DNA of 64,000 nucleotides, taken from the NCBI GenBank assembly GCA_023441055.1, contig JAEZQY010000018.1:8164-72163 (forward strand), given 5' to 3'. Below, piece by piece: positions 29,171 through 36,900 of this stretch. A model generated the notes under the pieces. The model was not told the origin of the DNA, made no database searches, and saw only the letters and a program-made list of their open reading frames with translations. The stretch comes from Bacillota bacterium (GTDB taxonomy: Bacteria; Bacillota; Bacilli; Paenibacillales; UBA4045). Both the position numbers and the translations under genes were made by a program. Numbering within the stretch: the first letter of the stretch is position 1; the number at the start of each line of letters is the position of its first letter.

Positions 29171-29524
29171 GTGTATCATGGGGAGCACTTCAAGATGTCC
29201 GGTTCACCTGATTACAGATCGCTTCGGGAAGTGAAGTTCATGCAGGGCAACGAGTTCCGGACCTATGACCTCGATCTGATCGGAACCTACAACGTAAGGA
29301 TGCTCGTCCATAGTGAAGAGATGCTGGCGCGGCATATGTACTGCGCTGTCACGCCTGAAGGCGCGCGTCACATTGCCCGAAGGAGAGAGGGAGTCACCTA
29401 TGCGTTGTTGTGCCGCGCCTGCCATACGCAAATATACGGCCTCATAAATCCTATTCCCATCAATATTTTGGTGTTGTATGATGAAGTTGCTAATACAGCT
29501 TATGGATCAGAGGAGAGCGATTGA
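29171..29524 (+). CDS. hypothetical ORF, possibly chimeric or non-functional
   Basis: 117 aa with no recognisable domain. Its 3' third reads through repeat copy 2, a duplicated piece of another gene in a different frame. Confidence 0.2.
   Translation: MYHGEHFKMSGSPDYRSLREVKFMQGNEFRTYDLDLIGTYNVRMLVHSEEMLARHMYCAVTPEGARHIARRREGVTYALLCRACHTQIYGLINPIPINILVLYDEVANTAYGSEESD
29414..29459 (+). repeat. 46-bp direct repeat, copy 2
   Basis: 'cgcgcctgccatacgcaaatatacggcctcataaatcCtattccca'. Similarity to copy 1 ends abruptly on both sides. Confidence 0.9.
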
Positions 29525-29601
29525 GATGAGCATGAGGTTGAAGTGGTTACAGTGGACCCTATTTGTTGTATATCTAGTTAACCGGGCTCCGCATAAAGCT
29601 G

Positions 29602-32600
29602 ATGCTTAATAGCAGGAGGATCCGAGTTTCGATAGGGATTGCCATAATCGTTATATTACTATCTTTGTTGATGATGTCCATAATAGGACCGCCTTCCGGC
29701 CGTGCGATGCCTGCTGCGAAGGACGGCGTGCTTGATCTGAGAGGCTGGAGCTTGAATCAGGATGGCGCGGTCAAGCTGAACGGCGCTTGGTCCTTCTATC
29801 CCGAGCAGCTGCTTATACCGGATCGCTCAAGTATGGCAATCGCTGCGGATGAAAGGCTTGCAGAGGTTCCTGGTATATGGACACCTTATGGGATGTCGGG
29901 GCGCGGTTATGCAACGTACCGGCTTAAGGTACTGACATCGGACGATGTCGGTTCGCTTGGCTTGCATATACCGGCGATCGCGCCAGCCTATCACATTTAT
30001 GCAGATGGTAAGTACGTAGCAGGCAATGGGAGAGTTGCTGAGGATAAGCAGGAGGTGGATTCCGCTTACTTGCCGCAAACCGTAACCTTTACCCCCGATT
30101 CCGGTGAGTTCGATATCCTTATTCAGATTGCTAACGAGCTCTACCCGCAAGGGGGCATCTGGTACAGCTTGACGCTTGGTACTGAGCAGGTGATGCTGGC
30201 TCAAGAGCAACGGAGAACCTTCGTGGACATGGCGGTGTTCGGGGGCAGTGCTCTGTTAGGACTATATCAGATAGCGGTATACAGGCTGCGACGCACAGAT
30301 CGATCCACCTTATACTTCGGCATCTGTTGTCTGCTAGGCGCAATCCGCCAATGGGTGGTGGGTGGAGTCTATCTTGCGCACATTTATCCAGCCGTTAATA
30401 TCGAGCTTCTAATCATGCTTGAATATCTGACCTATTACGGCGGGGTCACGATGGCTATGTTGTTCGTCCGAGAGCTGTATCCCAATGAATTCAGCAGTTT
30501 AATAACGAAGCTGCTTGTTGGAGTTGGGGCGATCTTCAGCGTCACCGTATTGGTGCTGCCCACCGAGATTTACACAGGTTTTATCGGCATGTATAAATGG
30601 GTATCGCTAGCTGCACTCATGTATTTGATTTATGGTTTCTCAATTGCGCTGTGGCGCGGTCGAGACGGCGCACTCCTGCAGCTATTGGGCTGGACTGCTT
30701 TCGTAGCTGCAGCCGCCCATGATATTGCATACAGCGAGGGGTGGACGATTGGGCTAGATATGCAGCTTGTTCCTTACGGATTTATCTTCCTCGTGTTTAT
30801 CGAAGCGTTAGAGCTTGCCCGAAGATTCACGAATGCCTACCGGACCATCGGAATGATGTCGGATCAATTACTCGCAATGAGCCGAATGAAGGACGAGTTT
30901 CTTGCCAATACATCACATGAGCTGAAGACACCGCTGCATGGCATACAGAATCTGACCTTGGCCTTGTCTGAGGGCAAGTATGGGTCGCTGAACGACACCC
31001 AGCGGGAGCACCTCACGGTGATTGTTTCGGTGGCAAGGCGCATGTCCAATCTGATTAATGACATTCTCGATTTATCCTTGCTGAAGCATAATGAGATCAG
31101 GCTGCAGCTGCAGAGTGTCGATATTCGAGCTGTTGTATCTGCTCAGGAAGAAGTGTTCCGCCATTATATTGGGACGAAGCCAGTAGGACTTCATATGGTG
31201 TGGCCGGATTCGCTTCCCAATGCCCTTGCTGATGAGAGCCGGTTGCTGCAGATTATGTACAACCTCATTGGAAATGCGATTAAATTTACACAGGAGGGGA
31301 ATGTAACGGTCTCGGCACGATTGGAAGACGCTATGATTCATATAGCCGTTGCGGATACAGGCATCGGAATTCCAGAGGATAAGCTTGATGTGATCTTCCA
31401 ATCCTTCGAGCAGGCAGGAACCTCCGTCGCGAAGGAATATGGAGGAGCGGGACTTGGACTAGGCATCAGCAGACGGCTTGTTGAGCTGCATGGGGGCAAG
31501 CTTACGGTCAGCTCGAAGGAGGGCGAAGGCTCTGTCTTTACCTTCACTGTTCCTGCCGCAGCAGACGACAGCATGGTTAAGAGTGATAGCAGGCTCAAGG
31601 CAGATTACCTGGATAGAGCTGTACATTTACGAACCAACTGGACGGAGCCTGCTGTGACACTTGAACGACAAGGCGAGGAGAAGAAGGGGCAAGTTATTCT
31701 GGCTGTCGATGATGATCCGGTAAATCTGCGGGTGCTCATGTCTGTACTCGCCGACGAGCCTTATGAAGTGATCACAGCTCAGAGCGGGCAGGATGCGCTA
31801 GATATACTGGTCAGCAATGCTGGCAGCATCGGGCTGGTCATTCTGGATGTCATGATGCCAGGATTGTCCGGGTACGAGACTTGCAGACGTATTCGAGAGA
31901 AGTATGCGCTTCCTGAGCTGCCCGTGCTGATGACGACGGTAAGGAGTGAGGCGGAGGACTTAATGCTCGGGTTTGACGCCGGGGCGAATGACTTTCTTAT
32001 AAAGCCTTTTCAACCGCATGAGCTGCGAGCGAGGGCGCGCAGCCTGCTCGAGATGAAACGGTCTGCGGAGGAGGCCATTCATTCGGAGATGGCGTTCTTG
32101 CAGGCGCAGATTAAGCCCCATTTTCTATATAATACGTTGAATACGATCATCTCCCTGTCTATCGATGAGCCCCATACTTCACATGATCTGTTGATCCATC
32201 TTAGCCGCTACCTGCGAGGAAGCTTCGATTTCAAGAACAAACAGAAGCTGGTCCCTCTTCGGAAGGAGCTGGAGCTGGTGGAAGCCTACTGTGAAATTGA
32301 ACGCGCGCGATTCGGAGATAGGCTGCGTATCCGTTATGAAGTAGCGGAGATAACAGGCTGTATGCTTCCTCCGACGACGCTGCAGCCTCTGGTAGAGAAC
32401 GCGATAAGGCACGGGGTGACGAGAAGAGAAGAAGGCGGAACGGTCACCATACAGGTTCGCGCTGAAGGTGCAGATGCCGTTATCTCTGTGGCGGACGATG
32501 GTGTGGGCATGGCGACAGCCACGCAGACAATGCTTACCAAGGAATCCGAAGGTGAGGGCGGCGTCGGTCTGCGGAATATTCACCAGCGCTTGTTGCGGAT

Positions 32601-32700
32601 GTACGGCAGGGGGCTCAGCATTGAGAGCAGTGTCGGGAATGGGACTAAGGTGACCATTCACATACCGCAGGCAATTAGGGAAGAGGAGGTGCCCGGATGA
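29602..32700 (+). CDS. double sensor kinase: 7TMR-DISM sensor, HisKA/HATPase, receiver domain, LytS/YehU-type His_kinase/HATPase
   Basis: 'LDLRGWSL..GAVKLNGAWSFYPEQL' is DISMED2-like and is followed by about 7 TM segments. Kinase 1 has 'NTSHELKTPLHG' and 'GTGIGIP..GGAGLGLGISRRLVELHGG'. The receiver domain has 'ILAVDDDPVN...LDVMMPGLSG...FLIKPF'. Kinase 2 has 'IKPHFLYNTLNTI' and 'LQPLVENAIRHG...GGVGLRNIHQRL'. Confidence 0.9.
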   Translation: MLNSRRIRVSIGIAIIVILLSLLMMSIIGPPSGRAMPAAKDGVLDLRGWSLNQDGAVKLNGAWSFYPEQLLIPDRSSMAIAADERLAEVPGIWTPYGMSGRGYATYRLKVLTSDDVGSLGLHIPAIAPAYHIYADGKYVAGNGRVAEDKQEVDSAYLPQTVTFTPDSGEFDILIQIANELYPQGGIWYSLTLGTEQVMLAQEQRRTFVDMAVFGGSALLGLYQIAVYRLRRTDRSTLYFGICCLLGAIRQWVVGGVYLAHIYPAVNIELLIMLEYLTYYGGVTMAMLFVRELYPNEFSSLITKLLVGVGAIFSVTVLVLPTEIYTGFIGMYKWVSLAALMYLIYGFSIALWRGRDGALLQLLGWTAFVAAAAHDIAYSEGWTIGLDMQLVPYGFIFLVFIEALELARRFTNAYRTIGMMSDQLLAMSRMKDEFLANTSHELKTPLHGIQNLTLALSEGKYGSLNDTQREHLTVIVSVARRMSNLINDILDLSLLKHNEIRLQLQSVDIRAVVSAQEEVFRHYIGTKPVGLHMVWPDSLPNALADESRLLQIMYNLIGNAIKFTQEGNVTVSARLEDAMIHIAVADTGIGIPEDKLDVIFQSFEQAGTSVAKEYGGAGLGLGISRRLVELHGGKLTVSSKEGEGSVFTFTVPAAADDSMVKSDSRLKADYLDRAVHLRTNWTEPAVTLERQGEEKKGQVILAVDDDPVNLRVLMSVLADEPYEVITAQSGQDALDILVSNAGSIGLVILDVMMPGLSGYETCRRIREKYALPELPVLMTTVRSEAEDLMLGFDAGANDFLIKPFQPHELRARARSLLEMKRSAEEAIHSEMAFLQAQIKPHFLYNTLNTIISLSIDEPHTSHDLLIHLSRYLRGSFDFKNKQKLVPLRKELELVEAYCEIERARFGDRLRIRYEVAEITGCMLPPTTLQPLVENAIRHGVTRREEGGTVTIQVRAEGADAVISVADDGVGMATATQTMLTKESEGEGGVGLRNIHQRLLRMYGRGLSIESSVGNGTKVTIHIPQAIREEEVPG

Positions 32701-33830
32701 TTCGAGTTATCGCTGTAGACGATGAACAGCCCGCGCTCAAACGCGTGCAGAAGCTGCTGCAAGCCATGGATGGTGTGCAGATTGACGGTGTGTTCGACAG
32801 CTCCAGACAGGCTCTTGAGTATGCGACTACATCAACAGAACCGATTGACCTTGCGCTTCTCGATATGGAGATGCCCGGACTTAATGGGTTAGAGCTGGCG
32901 GAACGGTTGCGTGAGGTTCGACCGGAAATTCAGATTGCTTTCCTGACGGCTTACGACGAATATGCACGTGACGCCTTCGACGTGGAGGCGATCGATTACC
33001 TGCTTAAGCCGATCATCAGCAATGATCTGGTCAGGACAATCAAGCGAGCTCAGAAGCGCAGTCAACATCCAGAGATCGCTAAGGCGGATTCGGAGCCAAG
33101 GATTGCTGTTCACAGCTTCGGACCCTTCTCTGTCTTCACGGAGCAAGGCGAAGCGGTATGGTTCCGCAATTCCAAGAGCAGGGAGCTGCTCGCGTATTTG
33201 CACTATCATTCAGAGAGGTCGGTTAGTAAATCCCAGATCATGAATGATCTATGGCAGGGTCATGATGTCGAGCGGACACAGGTCAATCTGCATTCAACGG
33301 TCTATCAGCTTAGGAAGGACCTCGAGGCATGCGGGCTGCACGGAATAGTTGATCATTCTAAGACAGCCGGGGGCAGCTACAGCGTGCACTGGAGCACCGA
33401 CGTAGACGATGATGTTGCAGCATACGAGAAAGCCTATCAGCTGTATCGAAGCGACCATTCACTGACGTATGTGCTGCGAGCGATACAGGTATACGGAGAC
33501 GGGTTTCTGGCTGGAAGCGGTTATGCGTGGGCCGCGCCTAGACAGGCTGAGCTTGAGCTTACCTATACAGAGCTGCTAGGGACAATGGTAGACGTCTATG
33601 TCAGGCAGAATCGATGTGAGCTTGCGCTCGGTCCGATGCAGAAGCTGGCGCAGCTGCAACCGCTCGACGAACGAATTCAAGCAAGGATGATCGCTCTGCT
33701 GCTGCTCTTGAAGCGGGATAAAGACGCGCATAGGCAATATAGGAAGGTGCAGGAATCGCTAGGTCGCGGGGAACAATTGATTTTGTTGGAATTTTCGCAC
33801 ATAACTGCAAATCCGGCCTCCTTTTTTTAA
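32697..33830 (+). CDS. response regulator with SARP-type winged helix and BTAD domain
   Basis: The receiver domain is 'IRVIAVDDEQ...LALLDMEMPGLNG...DYLLKP'. The winged helix is 'VHSFGPFSVF..GEAVWFRNSKSRELLAYL...VNLHSTVYQLRKDL'. The C-terminus is helical and BTAD-like. ATGA overlap with the kinase gene. Confidence 0.85.
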   Translation: MIRVIAVDDEQPALKRVQKLLQAMDGVQIDGVFDSSRQALEYATTSTEPIDLALLDMEMPGLNGLELAERLREVRPEIQIAFLTAYDEYARDAFDVEAIDYLLKPIISNDLVRTIKRAQKRSQHPEIAKADSEPRIAVHSFGPFSVFTEQGEAVWFRNSKSRELLAYLHYHSERSVSKSQIMNDLWQGHDVERTQVNLHSTVYQLRKDLEACGLHGIVDHSKTAGGSYSVHWSTDVDDDVAAYEKAYQLYRSDHSLTYVLRAIQVYGDGFLAGSGYAWAAPRQAELELTYTELLGTMVDVYVRQNRCELALGPMQKLAQLQPLDERIQARMIALLLLLKRDKDAHRQYRKVQESLGRGEQLILLEFSHITANPASFF

Positions 33831-33993
33831 CAAGTGAAGCTGCTCTAGTATTATTTTCTGATAAAAACCGACTTTTAATGTTGTAAGCGCTTTCTTTTCA
33901 GTCTGTATATAGTAGCCGTTGGTAAATTAATAGAATAGCCATGACATCGGAGGATAAAGTCCGTGGCGGCGAACATTATCGACAAGAAAGCGA

Positions 33994-36900
33994 GTGAAAT
34001 GTAAGATGTTACGACGGTCCTTCAGAATGTTATTAGCATTAATTCTTATAGCAGGCAGCATTCCAACTTATTTTATGCCAGGGGCTCACTCTGTCCATGC
34101 ATCTGCTGAGCCGATTGCGAACTGGATCGTTACGGGTACGCCGACAGCAGCCACTGTTACAGATATCATCTATGGAAACAATGGTTATGTTGCAGTAAGT
34201 ATTGGCGGAGTTGTAATCCGATCCCCGCTGGGCGACAGCTGGTCGATGGTACAGCCGACTATAAGCAATCTAAATGGCGTTGCATATGGGAACGGCAAAT
34301 ATATTGCTGTGTCGTTATCTGGACAAATTATAACATCAGTAGACGGTGTGAATTGGTCAAGTCAAACCATTCATTCGAGCCATTTCGCAGATATTACATA
34401 TGACAATGGAATGTTCATGATCGTTGGCGACAATGGCGCTGTGTTGACCTCGAGCGATGGTGTCAGCTGGACAGATCGTTCACTGGCTGACGCTCAATTT
34501 CTCTCAAGTGTGGATTATGTGAATGGAGCCTTCTACGTGCAGGGCTTCTATCCCAACACGCTCAGGAGTACCGATAATGGGGTAACTTGGACATCGACGA
34601 ACCTGAATTACTCCAAGCATATGGCATTCGGTAATGGAAAGTATGTCGCGATCGATCAATTCGGCATGTTATGGTCTTCATCGAATGGATCAGATTGGAC
34701 AGCTGGCTTTAGTTATGATGAACAACTGCGTGATATCGAATATGTCGGCGATCGATTTATAGCGGTTGGTCAATCCGGACTGATCGTGACCTCGGGCGAT
34801 GGGGCGAACTGGACGAGGAATACTGCGGTAACCGCGAATGTTCTGAATAGCATCGTCTATCATAATGGGACTTACATGATCGCAGGTGAGGGCGGCACCA
34901 TTGTCCGATCTGCCCCGCTCAGCTTAGTCTATGACGGTAATGGGCACACAGGCGGGAGCGTTCCAGGCGGGAGCTACAACTACAATGCGAGTATCAGCGT
35001 TCCAAGCGGCGGAGATTTGTACAAGACGGGCTATACGTTCGCAGGATGGAATACGGCTGCCGATGGCAATGGGACTCATTATGGCATTGGAGCTTCATTC
35101 CTCACTGGCCTAACGACAGCGGTCCTTTATGCAGAGTGGTCGATCAATCGTTACGAAGTCAACTATGACGGTAATGACCAGACAGAGGGGACTGCGCCTA
35201 TAATCAGCGAACACGACTATCATTCAAGTGTAACTGTGCCAGGCAATCCTGGTCATCTGGCGAAGACTGGCTACACGTTTGCAGGATGGAATACGAGCGC
35301 AGATGGAAGCGGAACGTCTTATACAGAAGACGAAACGTTCACGATGGAAGCTGCGGATATCACGCTGTATGCAGCCTGGGAGCCCAATCGCTACACGGTT
35401 ACCTATGATGGGAATACGAGCACAGGCGGCAGTGTGCCGACTGCCGAATATGATTATCTTACACCTGTCACGGTGCCAGGCAGCGGCAGCCTGACGAAGA
35501 CAGGCTATACGTTCACAGGCTGGAATACACATGCAGACGGCAGCGGTACACGGTATGTTGAAGGGGAGACATTCCCGATGGACGCTGGACATATTACGTT
35601 ATTCGCGCAGTGGTCGCTTGACCGATGGGAACATGTGACGAGCGCTGAGTTCTCCATATGGAATGGGAATATTCAGACATTCGTTGATAATGGCATCCCT
35701 TATGCAGCCTATACAGATAATAATCGACATGCCAGCGTTACAGTTGAGAAATATGTGGATAACCACTGGGAGACCATTGGGAATCCAGGCTTTACAACGA
35801 CATTCATATCTGACATTTCACTATTCGTGTATGATGACGTTCCTTATGTGGCCTATCAAAATAGTGAGCTCGATTTGAAGATTAGCATGATGAAGTTTGA
35901 TGGCTCTAACTGGGTATTCGTGGGTGATCCGGAGATATCAGCAGATGGTGGTGCTAAACCGTCTGTTTATGTATTCGAAGGCATCCCTTATGTCGCATAC
36001 AGGGAATTCAGGTTCGGATTGGGAAGTCTCGTGGTGAAGAAGTATACGGAAGACGGCTGGGAGACGGTAGGAAATACAGATTTTGCAGATCATATAGGAG
36101 AACCAAAGTTGTATATAGACAATGGGACGCCCTACGTCGCATATACGGATATTGATAGAGGGGGCGGGCTCACTGTCATTAAGTATACGAATAACAGCTG
36201 GGACATAATAGGCGGTGTTAGATTCACGCCTGGTTCCAGTAGTCAGATATCGTTATATGTAGATAACGACATCCCTTACGTTATGTTTCGAGATGGAAGC
36301 ATCTCCAATCGGGCTACCGTTATGAAATTTATAGACAGCAGCTGGGAGACGGTAGGCGCCGCAGGATTCTCTGCAGGTCCGGTTGCCGCGACCTCATTAC
36401 TTGTGAGCGACGGGACGCCTTATGTCTCCTATCTAGATGAGAGCTTGTCAAGTCATGCCCTTGTGAAATACTTCAATGGCGCACAATGGGAGACGTTGGG
36501 CAACACCCTGTTATCTAATCATGCGGTATCCCATACTTCGATCCATCAAGATGATGGGATGCCTTATGTTTCGTTTAAGGATGATTACGAAACGGTTGTT
36601 ATGAGATATGCTGTGAATCGTACGCTTACCTACCATGCGAACGGGAGTACGAGCGGCAGTGTACCTGCTGTCAGCAATCATTACCACAAGTCGGTTGTGT
36701 CAGCGAGTGCGAATACAGGCCATCTTCAGAAGGACAACCATATATTCACGGGATGGAATACGGCGCCCGACGGTAGCGGGACGCATTATGATGCGGCTGA
36801 AGCCTTCATATTCGGCGCAACGGATATGACGTTATATGCAGATTGGGAGCTGGTCAGCTACGCGGTTACCTTCAATAGCAATGGCGGCTCGGAGGTAGAC

